A DNA stretch of 64,000 nt from Oscillospiraceae bacterium (GTDB lineage Bacteria > Bacillota > Clostridia > Oscillospirales > SIG627), in assembly GCA_015064635.1 (NCBI GenBank), contig SVRV01000002.1, forward strand, positions 80,140 through 144,139. The letters are read 5' to 3'. Numbering within the stretch: position 1 is the stretch's first letter; the number at the start of each line of letters is the position of its first letter. The position numbers and the translations under genes were made by a program. Positions 40,313 to 50,697 of the stretch are shown here, one piece after another. The notes under the pieces are model-generated. The model was not told the DNA's origin. It made no database searches and saw only the letters and a list, made by a program, of their open reading frames with translations.

Positions 40313-42808
40313 TCACTCGTTAGAGCCCCATTCAATAGGAGGAGTTTCATTTCCAACTGCAACGATGAACTTACATGTTGCTGTGAACTCTCCGTCCTCA
40401 GATGTTACTGTAACTGTAGCAACACCGCCGCCTACTGCTGTAACTACACCATTATCAACAGTAACAATTTCTTCGTTTGAAGATTCCCATGTTACGTTCT
40501 TGTTAGTAGCATTAGCAGGAGTAAATGTAACTTCAAGGTTTACAATGTCGCCAAGGTAAACATTAGCACTGGTCTTGTTAAGAGCGATACCCTCAACAGC
40601 GAAACCGGATGTTACTTCAACGTAGCACTCTGCGTAGAGATCTTCGTTGTCTTCAGAGATTACTGTAACGATTGTAATACCGGGCTCAATTGCTGTAAGA
40701 AGTCCGTTTTCATCAATTGTAGCAACGTCTTCATTTGTTGATTCCCAGAAAAGGTTCTTCTGAGTTGTGTTATCAGGTGTGAAGATAACTTCGAACTGAT
40801 ATGTTTCGCCAAATACGATCTGGAGTTCTTCAACGTCAAGAGCAATTTCTTCAACGGGAACATCATCGGGTATAGGCTCATTAACTGTGATAGCACACTT
40901 AGCTGTCTTTTCACCGTCAACTGTTGTAACTACGATGTTTGTCTGACCTGCACCAACTGCTGTTACGAGACCGTCAACAACTGTTGCTACAGTGTCATCT
41001 TCTGTTGACCAAACAACATCCTTATTATCAGCATCTGCAGGTTCAACTGTTGCATTAAGCTGAAGAGTTTCATTGATCTCAAGAACTGCACCTGTTACAT
41101 CAAGAACTACGCCTGTAACATTGATAACAGGGAAAACAGCAGTTACTTCGCATGTTGCTTCGAAGTCACCATCTTCAGTTGTAGCTGTGATTGTAACGGT
41201 ACCGTTGGAAACAGGTGTTACAACACCATCAACAACCTTTGCAATTTCGTCATTGCTTGAAGTCCAGATAACATTCTTGTTAGTAGCATTTGCGGGAGTA
41301 ATAGTCGCAACAAGCTTGAGTGTATGACCAGCCTCAACTGTAGCTGTAGCCTGATCAAGCTCAATACCCTCTACTGCAACACCGGGAACTGTGATAACAC
41401 ATGTATCGGTGTAAGCACCATTTGAGGTAGATGCTGTGATTGTAGTTGTACCGCCTGCAATAGCTGTAACCTTGCCGTTAACTACATATGCAACATCAGG
41501 ATCAGATGAATTCCAAAGAACCTGATTGAAAGTAGCATCCGCAGGAGCTACAGTAGCAGTAAGAGTAGTTGAACTACCGATAGCAACTTCTTCTGTTTCC
41601 TTATCAAGCTCAATACCTTCTACTTCAACAGGAGTGATAGCATTAAAGCGATATCCGTTATTCTCAGCAAATGTCTGAGCATATGAACCTTCTTCACCGT
41701 AAACGTGAAGGAGGTTTGCAAGATAGAATGCACCCTGGTTTCTTGCGCCTGCTGTATCACCATTGATAGATGTTACAGACGAAGGAATGTAAATGCTTCT
41801 GAGGTTCTTACGTCTAAAGAATGTGTTAGCTGCAATTGTAGTAACATTCTCGGGTACTACAAGGGTGTATTCAGTTTCCAAGCCAAGATTTTCAATAGCA
41901 TCGGTGTTAGCAAGACGAACATCACCAATAGTAAGAGTAAAACGATTAGCTCTACCGGTGGAAGTTCTAAGGGGATTTCCGCCTGCAGCAAATGTACTTC
42001 CGGCCCAAGCAGCAAAATTCGGCACATTTATTGTCTGGAATCTGTTCATTTCCGAAACAGACTTTGTGCCAAACGATACAGGCTTATCACCCATGGTGAG
42101 TGTAGTAAGATAGTTGTTAAAGTTGAAAGCACAAGTACCGATAGACTTTACATTAGGACCAAGAGTTACTGACTTAAGAGCACTCTTGTAGAAAGCATAT
42201 GAACCTATGTCCTCTACCTCTTCAGGAACAACAAGGTCAGTAAGCTTTTCGCCGTTTACATAAAAATTCCATGCAGATGAAGGCATCATCGCAGAGGGGT
42301 TAGAAGCTTTTTCTCCGAAAGTACACTGACACCAATTAGTAAGGTCTGTTATGTAAACATTTTCAATGCTACATCCCATGAATGCATAATAATAAACTTG
42401 ATTAATGTTCTTTCCGAAATACACGTTCTTAACGCTTGATCTCATGAAAGCGTACTGATAAATTTCTTTCAAGGAATCGGGGAAAACAATGTCTGTTATC
42501 TTAGAAAAGTTTCTGAATGCGTTCTTACCAATAGAAACGACACCCTCTTCGATAACAATGTTTTCTACTTCGTCACAATACTTATTCCACGGAACGTAAA
42601 TTGGCGCTCCGTATGTTGCCATTCTACCGGTACCGCTGATAACCAATGTCTTGGTATCCTGGTAATATGACCATGTGAGGTTGGCATTATTACCACTACA
42701 GTCACCAGAAGCAGTAGGCTGTGCTTCGGCAGATGCAATGATTGCAATAGCAAAGAGCATCACAAAAGCCAAAACAAGAGTGAGTGAAAGCTTCAATGTT
42801 TTTTTCAT
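40313..42808 (-). CDS. secreted surface protein: BspA-type leucine-rich repeats plus ~6 Big_2 (Ig-like) domains
   Basis: Signal peptide. The N-terminal half carries LRR_5-style units (IGxxAFxxCxxLxxV). The C-terminal half has repeated ~80-aa units (VEGIELD...L.ATV.PA.ATNK.V.W.SS...VA.V...G.VTAV..G...ITA). I saw no LPXTG motif. Confidence 0.8.
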   Translation of the reverse strand: MKKTLKLSLTLVLAFVMLFAIAIIASAEAQPTASGDCSGNNANLTWSYYQDTKTLVISGTGRMATYGAPIYVPWNKYCDEVENIVIEEGVVSIGKNAFRNFSKITDIVFPDSLKEIYQYAFMRSSVKNVYFGKNINQVYYYAFMGCSIENVYITDLTNWCQCTFGEKASNPSAMMPSSAWNFYVNGEKLTDLVVPEEVEDIGSYAFYKSALKSVTLGPNVKSIGTCAFNFNNYLTTLTMGDKPVSFGTKSVSEMNRFQTINVPNFAAWAGSTFAAGGNPLRTSTGRANRFTLTIGDVRLANTDAIENLGLETEYTLVVPENVTTIAANTFFRRKNLRSIYIPSSVTSINGDTAGARNQGAFYLANLLHVYGEEGSYAQTFAENNGYRFNAITPVEVEGIELDKETEEVAIGSSTTLTATVAPADATFNQVLWNSSDPDVAYVVNGKVTAIAGGTTTITASTSNGAYTDTCVITVPGVAVEGIELDQATATVEAGHTLKLVATITPANATNKNVIWTSSNDEIAKVVDGVVTPVSNGTVTITATTEDGDFEATCEVTAVFPVINVTGVVLDVTGAVLEINETLQLNATVEPADADNKDVVWSTEDDTVATVVDGLVTAVGAGQTNIVVTTVDGEKTAKCAITVNEPIPDDVPVEEIALDVEELQIVFGETYQFEVIFTPDNTTQKNLFWESTNEDVATIDENGLLTAIEPGITIVTVISEDNEDLYAECYVEVTSGFAVEGIALNKTSANVYLGDIVNLEVTFTPANATNKNVTWESSNEEIVTVDNGVVTAVGGGVATVTVTSEDGEFTATCKFIVAVGNETPPIEWGSNE

Positions 42809-42869
42809 TTCAACACTTCTTTCTTAATAAATTTTTTTGGGGTAAAAACACCCTAATGTATCTATGGAT

Positions 42870-42898
42870 ATTATAATAGTGTTTTGTTGATAAGTCAA
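42870..42898 (-). promoter_or_regulatory. sigma-A type promoter for the LRR/Big_2 gene
   Basis: Minus strand: TTGACT, 17 nt, TATAAT. Confidence 0.55.
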
Positions 42899-42986
42899 GC
42901 AAATTGTTTACGTTTTATAATTTTTGGGAGTTTTAGCAAAAAATCAGTATGAATTTTAACCAAAATAAACAATTGATACAAATTGA

Positions 42987-44342
42987 TTAATTCTTGTTTC
43001 CGTGAATAGGTGCAGGAATCTTTCCGCCGCGATTTATAAACTTCTCAGCGGATGATGAAACCAGCGGCATAATCGGTGCTCTGCCGAGAAGTCCGCCAAA
43101 TTCTACATACTCTCCCACAGTCTTTCCCGGAACAGGAATTACTCTGACCGCGGTAGTTTTACTGTTAACCATTCCTATTGCCATCTCATCGGCGATAAGA
43201 GCAGACAGAGTGGTTGCAGGTGTATCTCCCGGAACTGCAACCATATCTATACCGACACTGCAAACGGCAGTCATTGCTTCAAGTTTTGACATAGTCAGGA
43301 TACCGGCTTCTGCACTCTCTATCATTCCTATATCTTCACTTACGGGAATAAAGGCGCCGGAGAGTCCTCCGACACTTGCGCTCGCCATTGTTCCGCCCTT
43401 CTTTACAGCATCGTTAAGAATAGCAAGAGCAGCGGTAGTTCCGTGTCCTCCCACGGTCTCAAGTCCCATTTCTTCAAGGACATGTCCAACACTGTCTCCG
43501 ATAACGGGAGTGGGTGCCAAAGAAAGATCCACTATACCAAACTCTGCATTAAGACGCTTGGCGGCCTCTTTGGCAATAAGCTGACCTACACGAGTAATTT
43601 TGAATGCAGTTTTCTTTATTACGTCTGCTACCTCGGTTATGTCGGCATTGGGAATATTTTTAAGTGCGTGATGAACAACACCGGGCCCCGAAACACCAAC
43701 ATTTATTACAGTGTCCCCTTCCCCTATTCCGTGAAACGCGCCTGCCATAAACGGGTTGTCTTCAACTGCGTTGCAAAAGACAACGAACTTGGCACATCCA
43801 AAGCCGTCCCTGTCCGCTGTTAGAGCAGCAGCTTTCTTTATTATCTCACCGACGAGCTTTACTGCATCAAGATTGATACCGGAGCGGGTTGAGCCCACAT
43901 TGACGGAAGAACAAAGCTTATCGGTTGTTGCAAGAACCTCCGGAATACTGTTGATGAATGACTTTTCCGATTCGGTCATTGACTTATGTACAAGTGCGGA
44001 ATATCCTCCAAGGAAATCTACACCGACTGTTTTGGCTGCATTGTCAAGAGCTCTTGCAAGAATAATTTCCTCGCCCTGAAAGTTTGCTGTAAGCATTGCC
44101 GCAGGAGTAATGGAGATTCTCTTGTTAACGATAGGCACACCGTACATCTCGGAAAGCTCTTCTCCGACCTTTACTATGTTTTGAGCTCTTTTGCATATAG
44201 TATCGTACACCGCATCGGCTGTAGCTTTTGCACTGTCTCTGATGCAGGAAAGAAGAGAAATACCCATTGTGATGGTTCTGACGTCAAAATGCTCGTCTCT
44301 GACCATATTTATGGTTTCTAAAATTTCATTATTATTAATCAT
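42987..44342 (-). CDS. UPF0210 (DUF711, PFL-like) family protein
   Basis: Family-typical start [25 protein letters not shown]. About 450 aa and Gly/Ala-rich. Confidence 0.8.
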   Translation of the reverse strand: MINNNEILETINMVRDEHFDVRTITMGISLLSCIRDSAKATADAVYDTICKRAQNIVKVGEELSEMYGVPIVNKRISITPAAMLTANFQGEEIILARALDNAAKTVGVDFLGGYSALVHKSMTESEKSFINSIPEVLATTDKLCSSVNVGSTRSGINLDAVKLVGEIIKKAAALTADRDGFGCAKFVVFCNAVEDNPFMAGAFHGIGEGDTVINVGVSGPGVVHHALKNIPNADITEVADVIKKTAFKITRVGQLIAKEAAKRLNAEFGIVDLSLAPTPVIGDSVGHVLEEMGLETVGGHGTTAALAILNDAVKKGGTMASASVGGLSGAFIPVSEDIGMIESAEAGILTMSKLEAMTAVCSVGIDMVAVPGDTPATTLSALIADEMAIGMVNSKTTAVRVIPVPGKTVGEYVEFGGLLGRAPIMPLVSSSAEKFINRGGKIPAPIHGNKN

Positions 44343-44351
44343 AGTTTAACC

Positions 44352-44621
44352 TCAAATTTTGTGCATTGAATTAAAAATATCTTCGTGCTGAGCATAAATA
44401 TCAACGCCAATCTCTTCGCCAAGCGCCTTCATATCAGCAACAAAAGCGTTAAACTCAAGTTTGTTTGAAGAAATGTCTACCAGCATAACCATTGTAAAAA
44501 ATCCCTGCATTATTGTTTGTGAGATATCCTCAATGTTTATGTCATTTTCAGCAAGTCTGGTACTTACCTTTGCGATTATGCCCGACTTGTCTTTTCCGAT
44601 TACTGTAATAATTGCTTTCAT
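44352..44621 (-). CDS. ACT-domain protein (UPF0237)
   Basis: MKAIITVIGKDKSGIIAKVSTRLAE ACT fold. It is the canonical partner upstream of UPF0210. Confidence 0.8.
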   Translation of the reverse strand: MKAIITVIGKDKSGIIAKVSTRLAENDINIEDISQTIMQGFFTMVMLVDISSNKLEFNAFVADMKALGEEIGVDIYAQHEDIFNSMHKI

Positions 44622-44651
44622 GTCTTTTTCCTTTCTAAAATATTATTTAAT

Positions 44652-44680
44652 ATTCTAACATATAGCAAGCAAAAAATCAA
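44652..44680 (-). promoter_or_regulatory. sigma-A type promoter for the ACT/UPF0210 pair
   Basis: Minus strand: TTGATT, 17 nt, TAGAAT. Confidence 0.5.
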
Positions 44681-44689
44681 TAGTGGGCA

Positions 44690-44727
44690 AAAAAATATTT
44701 AGCCAAAGGAAAAATCCCTTGGCTAAA
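44690..44727 (-). terminator. intrinsic terminator after the DUF11 gene
   Basis: Hairpin at 44701-44724: AGCCAA pairs with TTGGCT, then one A.C mismatch, then three more pairs (GGA with TCC), closing an AAAA loop. It is followed on the minus strand by ATATTTTTTT. Confidence 0.6.
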
Positions 44728-44740
44728 TACAATCTATATA

Positions 44741-45586
44741 TTACACTGTTCCTGTAACGGTTATAACACTCACACCCGGGTTAATAATCCACGTTCCGTC
44801 TTCGCCACGCGTATATGTTGCCGCAGGCACCGAAACAATTCCGCTTGCAGTGGTGAATGTACCATTTATATAAGTATAATCCGTGCCCTCGGTTAATACA
44901 TCATCATTATATGTAACAACAATGTTATTAAGGATAGGATCAAAAACGTCAGTTACTATAAGGTCGTCTGTTGCTACGGTAGCTGTGTTACCTGTATTTT
45001 GTATAACAAAAGTATAAGTAAGCTGGCCGTTTTCAGTCACAACCGACGGACAAATAGCCTTACTTATTGAAAGCGATGCTTCGTTCTCGGGAGTAACCGT
45101 TGCTGACGCCGTTACAGACTCACTGACAGACGCACCCGTAACAGTAACTATATTTGTAATGTTACCGTCAATATCGAGCGGAGAAAATTCGTTTGCTTCT
45201 GCCTGATATACCAAAAGCGCACTGCCTCCTGCCGGAATGTTAATGCCGCTTATTACAAGTGTGTCGCCTGATGTAACCGTAGGTGTCGGCTGCAACACTC
45301 CGTTAAGATAATACAAAAGCGAGCCATCCGAATAGGTCAAAGGTACATATGTTTCGCCGATATCAGTATATGCACCAAGATTGTCAGTTACGGTAAGTGC
45401 ATTATAAGCTGTATTACCCGAATTTAGTACGTTTACTAAATAAGTGATACTGTCACCGCGAGAATACGTATCAGCAACAGCCGTTTTGGTAACCGACAGC
45501 GTTTCAATAAGATTTCCCGTGACAGTATTTGAATTCGTCACGGTATTATTATATGAAAGAGATGCCCTGTTAATAAAAATAGGCAT
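44741..45586 (-). CDS. two-domain DUF11 / 'conserved repeat domain' protein without a signal peptide
   Basis: Two units of the type SVTKTAV...GDSITYLVNVLNSGNTAYNALTVTDNLG and SISKAICP...GQLTYTFVIQNTGNTATVATDDLIVTDVF. The protein is Thr/Val/Asn-rich. The N-terminus MPIFINRASLSYNN is not a secretion signal. Confidence 0.6.
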   Translation of the reverse strand: MPIFINRASLSYNNTVTNSNTVTGNLIETLSVTKTAVADTYSRGDSITYLVNVLNSGNTAYNALTVTDNLGAYTDIGETYVPLTYSDGSLLYYLNGVLQPTPTVTSGDTLVISGINIPAGGSALLVYQAEANEFSPLDIDGNITNIVTVTGASVSESVTASATVTPENEASLSISKAICPSVVTENGQLTYTFVIQNTGNTATVATDDLIVTDVFDPILNNIVVTYNDDVLTEGTDYTYINGTFTTASGIVSVPAATYTRGEDGTWIINPGVSVITVTGTV

Positions 45587-45646
45587 ATAATACCTCCTTT
45601 GGAAATATTTGGAGTAATCCCCATTGGTATTATATGCACTATCAGT

Positions 45647-46387
45647 TCATATGGTATCGTCTTTCAAAACAATACGGGCAATCTTTTTCAATGTTGCATA
45701 AGGATATCTTTTGAAATCTGAAAGATCAAAAGTCATTTTTAAGTCTTTTGATTTTATAACAATTTTCTTCCACCATACACGAACCTTGAAGTTGCCGACA
45801 AAGAAGCCGTCATAAACTCCTCTGACTATATCACGAAGCCCGAGATTTAATTTATAAAGTTCATTGTTATCAATAAAAAGCTCATAAAAAAATTTAGAGT
45901 TAAACAAAAGAAATTTATTGGTAAGAAGATAAACCTCGGGAGCATTTTCCCTTGCTTTTATAGGAAATTCAAGAGTCTTCCATTCCGTCACTTCAAAGCG
46001 GTAATAATCATCATCGGGATTGAAAGAAAGCTTTAATTCTTTTATTTCACGTCTTTTGATCTTTTCAAAAGAGAGAACTTTACCATAATGCTTTACTCCC
46101 GGTTCGTCTTTGCCAAAAATGTTTTTTGAGCGATATAGAGCTATATATTCTACTTTCTCAGGAAAATCAATATACCTGGCAGGAATATGATAAAAATGAC
46201 TTTCAATATTTGTATCATACTGCTCTATTGAGCGTACTGTTCCAACCATAACATCTGTGTTTGAAAGGTTTTCGCCTCTTACATAATCCTCGTATTCTTC
46301 AATAAGGTCAAAATATTCAATTCTGTCAATCCCGAAAATGTATGTAAAAAGCTCTTTTATTCTTTGCCAAATGTTTTTCATAATCAT
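45647..46387 (-). CDS. hypothetical cytoplasmic protein (no family recognised)
   Basis: Intact 246-codon ORF with coding-like composition. ATGA overlap with the azlD stop. Confidence 0.5.
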   Translation of the reverse strand: MIMKNIWQRIKELFTYIFGIDRIEYFDLIEEYEDYVRGENLSNTDVMVGTVRSIEQYDTNIESHFYHIPARYIDFPEKVEYIALYRSKNIFGKDEPGVKHYGKVLSFEKIKRREIKELKLSFNPDDDYYRFEVTEWKTLEFPIKARENAPEVYLLTNKFLLFNSKFFYELFIDNNELYKLNLGLRDIVRGVYDGFFVGNFKVRVWWKKIVIKSKDLKMTFDLSDFKRYPYATLKKIARIVLKDDTI

Positions 46388-46695
46388 AAAAGATTCAACG
46401 CCATTTCACATGCAAAAACAGCGAAGCAGGACATTGCAGCTACAATTACAAGAGTTTTTTCCATAAAGGCAAATAAAACTGCAACTACAAATCCTACGAT
46501 TGCCGAAACAGAGTACGATGTTGAATAGAATATTCCCGGTACAGTCATAACTGTAAGAACTGCGTAAGGAATATAATGCAAAAAAGAAATTATGTATCTG
46601 TTGGTAATCTTTTTCTTGACAAGGACTAAAGGAATCATTCGGACAAGATAAGTCACCCCTGCCATTGTCAGAAGATATATAAAGAAATTATTCAT
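46384..46695 (-). CDS. azlD: branched-chain amino acid exporter small subunit AzlD
   Basis: ~100-aa protein with 3-4 TM helices, immediately after azlC. Confidence 0.75.
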   Translation of the reverse strand: MNNFFIYLLTMAGVTYLVRMIPLVLVKKKITNRYIISFLHYIPYAVLTVMTVPGIFYSTSYSVSAIVGFVVAVLFAFMEKTLVIVAAMSCFAVFACEMALNLL

Positions 46696-47407
46696 CCTTC
46701 CCCTCCTCTATCGGCAGCGGAGCAACAGCCGCCATAACCGCACTTGATATAACTGAGCATATGATTATGGTAAATCCGCTTGGGATATTGTTTTTTAAAA
46801 GCGGAACATAATAAAAAATACAGCTTAAAACAATTGCAAGTAATACACACAGTGCAGTAGACCTTTCTTTTTTAGCAGGAGGAACAACTATTGCAATAAA
46901 CATTCCGTAAATAGCTATTCCCAAAGCGGAAGAAACAACCGCAGGCAATATATCCCCTGCAAGAGCACCGAGTAACGTACCAAGTGTCCACCCTGCAATG
47001 GGAGGAATTATAAGTCCGTACATATACCTTTTTCCGACATTACCGATATTTGAAACGGCAACAGCAAAGACCTCATCGGTATTTGCAAAGGAGATCAAAA
47101 ACCTATCCAGCATTGATATGCTTTTTCCCAGCTTCTGCGACAGTGAAATCGACATCAAAGAATATCTTGAGTTGATAACAAGCTGAGCCACAGCCAATTC
47201 AACAAGCGAGCCCCCCGAAGCAATTATCGGCACACCTGCAAGCTGTCCTGCAGAGGTTACATTTGTAAGTGAAATAAGCACCGCCTCAAGCACACTGAAT
47301 CCGCTTTTTACAGCAAAAATTCCGAATGCAAAAGATACCGACAGATAGCCAAGACAAATCGGTATACCGGAGGTTATTCCTTTTTTAAAACTGTTAATTT
47401 CTTTCAT
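46688..47407 (-). CDS. azlC: branched-chain amino acid exporter AzlC
   Basis: AzlC-type polytopic profile (SFAFGIFAV...TNVTSAGQLAG). Confidence 0.75.
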   Translation of the reverse strand: MKEINSFKKGITSGIPICLGYLSVSFAFGIFAVKSGFSVLEAVLISLTNVTSAGQLAGVPIIASGGSLVELAVAQLVINSRYSLMSISLSQKLGKSISMLDRFLISFANTDEVFAVAVSNIGNVGKRYMYGLIIPPIAGWTLGTLLGALAGDILPAVVSSALGIAIYGMFIAIVVPPAKKERSTALCVLLAIVLSCIFYYVPLLKNNIPSGFTIIICSVISSAVMAAVAPLPIEEGKDE

Positions 47408-47478
47408 AAGTTATTTCCCAATTAGTTTTATATCTTGTTTTTTTATCGAATTTATGTATAATATTATTTTGAAAGGAA

Positions 47479-48174
47479 GTGAAAAATTTGGAAGAAAAAG
47501 CTTTTGTACCGATTGCTCATATACACACACCGTATACAAGCAAATTTGGTATTCCACGTCAAAGCGGATTAGCCGAGAATGTTATATGCGAAATTGAATT
47601 CTTACCAAAATACAGAAATCCCGATGCTGTCAGAGGTCTTTCTGATTTTTCACATATATGGGTACTATGGAAATTTGAAGGCTTTGAGTCGGAAGATTGG
47701 TCGCCAACAGTGCGCCCCCCAAGACTTGGAGGAAACACGCGAATGGGTGTATTTGCTACAAGGTCACCAAACAGACCAAATCCCATAGGACTCTCCTCTC
47801 TTAAGCTTTTGGGAATTGATACATCATCGCCCAAATCACCCATTTTGAAGGTTTCGGGTGCAGATATGTTAGACAACACCGCAATATATGACATAAAGCC
47901 GTATATCCCCTTCACAGACTCGCATCCAAACGCTTCCTCGGGATTTGCCGCAGAGCATATTGATTACAGGCTGAAAGTTACATTCAGCGAAGGAATTTTC
48001 TCAGAGCTTTCCGAAGAAAAAATGGAAAACATTAAACAAATTCTCTCGTTTGACCCACGGCCTTCGTACCAAAACGATGCCGAGCGAATATACGGACTGA
48101 ATCTTTATAACCACGAAATTAAATTCAAGGTAATCGGTGATGAACTGATTGTACTTTCAATTGTGCAGGACTGA
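47479..48174 (+). CDS. trmO: tRNA (t6A37-N6)-methyltransferase TrmO (TsaA/YaeB family)
   Basis: HIHTPYTSKFGIPRQ, FSHIWVLW, GVFATRSPNRPNPIG and DIKPY motifs. The start codon (GTG or TTG) is uncertain. Confidence 0.8.
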   Translation: MKNLEEKAFVPIAHIHTPYTSKFGIPRQSGLAENVICEIEFLPKYRNPDAVRGLSDFSHIWVLWKFEGFESEDWSPTVRPPRLGGNTRMGVFATRSPNRPNPIGLSSLKLLGIDTSSPKSPILKVSGADMLDNTAIYDIKPYIPFTDSHPNASSGFAAEHIDYRLKVTFSEGIFSELSEEKMENIKQILSFDPRPSYQNDAERIYGLNLYNHEIKFKVIGDELIVLSIVQD

Positions 48175-48200
48175 ATCAGCAGTCCTGCTTTATTTTTCGG
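48165..48200 (+). terminator. terminator for trmO embedded in the 3' end of the convergent araB gene
   Basis: GCAGGACTG aatcag CAGTCCTGC, then TTTATTTTT. Both stop codons lie inside or next to the hairpin. Confidence 0.5.
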
Positions 48201-49822
48201 AGTCGCTCCATGACCATGTTTGTTTTACCAAAGTAATCATGCAAGGTAAGATATTCACTGTACAACGCCTTATATTTTATTACATTTTCCTCTATGGGGC
48301 GATATACTGCCTTAACCTCGGGTGACAAGTCAGCGGATGCAATAATTACATCGTCATAAAAGCCGCCCGCAACAGAAGCATAGACAGCGCTTCCGAGTGC
48401 TGCGGCTTGGGTGGTATTGCAGACAAATATCTCCTTATTCAAAACATCCGCCATTATCTGCATCAAAAGTGCATTCTTACTTGCAATGCCTCCCGCCGCG
48501 GTTATCTTGTCAATGGAAATTCCAAAAGCTTCAAATTGGTCTGTGATACGTTTAGCACCGAAGGCAGCCGCTTCGAGCAGTGCTCTGTAAATCTCTTCGG
48601 GTTGTGTTTGAATGGTTACACCAACGAGCATTCCGCTGAGTCTTGAATTGACAAGCACGCTTCTGTTTCCGTTAAACCAGTCAAGAGCAATTATACCGCT
48701 TTCGCCTATTTTCAACTGTTGTGCTTTTTCTGTAAGGAGTGTGTGAATACCGACTCCTTTTTCGTTTGCTTCTTCAGAATAAGAGCTCGGGACACAGTTT
48801 GAAACAAACCAGTCAAATGCATCACCGAAGCATTGCTGCCCCGCCTCGTATGTGATCTTACCGGGAATGACTCCATTCTTTACACAGCCAAATATACCGT
48901 CAACCACATCCTCCTTATCGGAATTTATAATGTGACATGCAGATGTACCAAGAATGATCATCATATTGCCATTAGCCGTCGTGTTGAGAGCGGGCATAGC
49001 GGCGTGAGCGTCAAGCATAGCAAGGCTGACAGGGGTGCCTATGTCAAGTCCTGTGAGCTCTGAACCATATTTGTTTATATATCCCGCTTTTTCCGAAACT
49101 GGATTTATTCTATCACTGATTTTAGTTCCCACAATTCCATCAAGCAAGATATCAACGCTCTTAAAATACTCATTTGTGGGATATCCGTTTTTCTCGTTCC
49201 AAAACGCTTTATATCCTGCAAAAGCAGCCGCATGAGTTTCGTTGCCGGTCAAAAGTAAGTTTATCCAATCTCCCGCCTCGATAAATCTGTATGTGTTGTC
49301 ATAAACATCTTTAGAGTAACGTGCTGTTTCAAGAATTTTCGGAAGCATAAACTCTGCTGAAACGATACCTCCGTAAGAATCAAGCCACTTTTCCCCTCTG
49401 TCTTTAGCCGCCTTTGTAAAATCGTCAGCTTCCTTTTGTGCACCGTGATGCTTCCATAGCTTCACATAGGCGTGAGGCTCGTTTTTAAACCTTTCGTCAA
49501 AAGCCAATGGGGTTCCGTTTTTGTCGATAGGCAATACAGTTGATGCTGTAAAATCAACACCTATTCCACCTATCTCGGATGAAGAAACTTCTGATTTTTT
49601 AATAGCTCCCCTTACGCTTTCACGAAGCGCCTCAATATAATCTGCCGGGTGTTGAAGAGCAAATCCGTCAGGAAGAGAAACGCCACTCGGCAGACTTTTG
49701 TCCATAACTCCATGACGGTATTCAAAAACACTTTCTGAAACTACTGTTTTATCCGAAACCCTGAGCACAATAGCACGAGCGGAAAGAGTACCAAAGTCTA
49801 CGCCTATTACATACTTTTTCAT
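48176..49822 (-). CDS. araB: ribulokinase (FGGY family)
   Basis: MKKYVIGVDFGTLSARAIV start and FGGY motifs. About 548 aa, typical of AraB. Start moved to the ATG at 49822. Confidence 0.8.
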   Translation of the reverse strand: MKKYVIGVDFGTLSARAIVLRVSDKTVVSESVFEYRHGVMDKSLPSGVSLPDGFALQHPADYIEALRESVRGAIKKSEVSSSEIGGIGVDFTASTVLPIDKNGTPLAFDERFKNEPHAYVKLWKHHGAQKEADDFTKAAKDRGEKWLDSYGGIVSAEFMLPKILETARYSKDVYDNTYRFIEAGDWINLLLTGNETHAAAFAGYKAFWNEKNGYPTNEYFKSVDILLDGIVGTKISDRINPVSEKAGYINKYGSELTGLDIGTPVSLAMLDAHAAMPALNTTANGNMMIILGTSACHIINSDKEDVVDGIFGCVKNGVIPGKITYEAGQQCFGDAFDWFVSNCVPSSYSEEANEKGVGIHTLLTEKAQQLKIGESGIIALDWFNGNRSVLVNSRLSGMLVGVTIQTQPEEIYRALLEAAAFGAKRITDQFEAFGISIDKITAAGGIASKNALLMQIMADVLNKEIFVCNTTQAAALGSAVYASVAGGFYDDVIIASADLSPEVKAVYRPIEENVIKYKALYSEYLTLHDYFGKTNMVMERLRKIKQDC

Positions 49823-49830
49823 ATTACACC

Positions 49831-50682
49831 TCATGAAAGTTTTACAGATGCACCGGACGGAATACAAACAGATTCATCAGCAAAAACTGTTTTGGAAATC
49901 CAGATATCAAAAGCTGTGGGATTATACACTATTTTAGAGTCAATTGTATAAACAAGACTCCTATATGCGTTTGTATACTCGACAATATCTTGAAGTCCCG
50001 CATACCAGACATTGTCTTTTCCTCCTATTTTTTCAAGGAAGCTTTCAATAATATTCCAGTTGTTATTATTTTCAAATTCGTATGAGTGTCCCCAAACTGT
50101 AAAAAGATATGGCGATTTATAGAGGCGGGGACTATCAAAAAACTTGTCATACAAGGAGTCAAGGTCAGCCGAATGGTGACAGGTCGCGCCGTATGTAAGC
50201 CAGTTTTCAGGAATATCAAAGTTCATTGTCTGTGCCGTGGTTCTTGCATATATGATTCCGCACGCTTTTAAGGCATCAAGAGTTGTTTGCTTAAAGGAAC
50301 CGTTGGGATATGCGTGTCCAAGCACCCTTTTACCAAAGATTCCTTCCAATACTTCCCTATCTTTTACTATTTCATAAATAAGCGCTGTGTCGGGTAAGTC
50401 CTTAAAGAAGGAGTGTGTCATGCCGTGTGTAGCAACTTCAAAATCCTTGTAATACTCGGCAATTTGGTTTAATGTAAGGCGTGACGTTGGATTCTTTTCT
50501 ATATCAATGTTGTCCATTGGGTCATCGGAAACGCCCGAGCTAATATTAAACGTTCCCTTAATTCCGTTACGTCTCATTATGTCCATGAGTCTTATATCTG
50601 TTCCGACAGCGTCATCGTAGCTCAATGTGAAAGCACGGAATTTTCCGCCGGGAAAACGCATAAATCTGAAATTTCTTTCCAT
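49831..50682 (-). CDS. polysaccharide deacetylase (CE4) family protein
   Basis: TLSYDD (motif 1) and ATHGMTH (motif 2). Start placed at the ATG at 50682, which has a GAGGTG 7 nt upstream. Confidence 0.7.
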   Translation of the reverse strand: MERNFRFMRFPGGKFRAFTLSYDDAVGTDIRLMDIMRRNGIKGTFNISSGVSDDPMDNIDIEKNPTSRLTLNQIAEYYKDFEVATHGMTHSFFKDLPDTALIYEIVKDREVLEGIFGKRVLGHAYPNGSFKQTTLDALKACGIIYARTTAQTMNFDIPENWLTYGATCHHSADLDSLYDKFFDSPRLYKSPYLFTVWGHSYEFENNNNWNIIESFLEKIGGKDNVWYAGLQDIVEYTNAYRSLVYTIDSKIVYNPTAFDIWISKTVFADESVCIPSGASVKLS

Positions 50683-50697
50683 ATCAAGCACCTCGTT

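Noticed and set aside
40330-41700. Repetitive ~240-bp DNA periodicity, considered as a possible CRISPR array or mobile repeat.
   Set aside because: The repeats are in frame inside one long ORF and encode tandem Big_2 Ig-like domains. There is no spacer/repeat structure.
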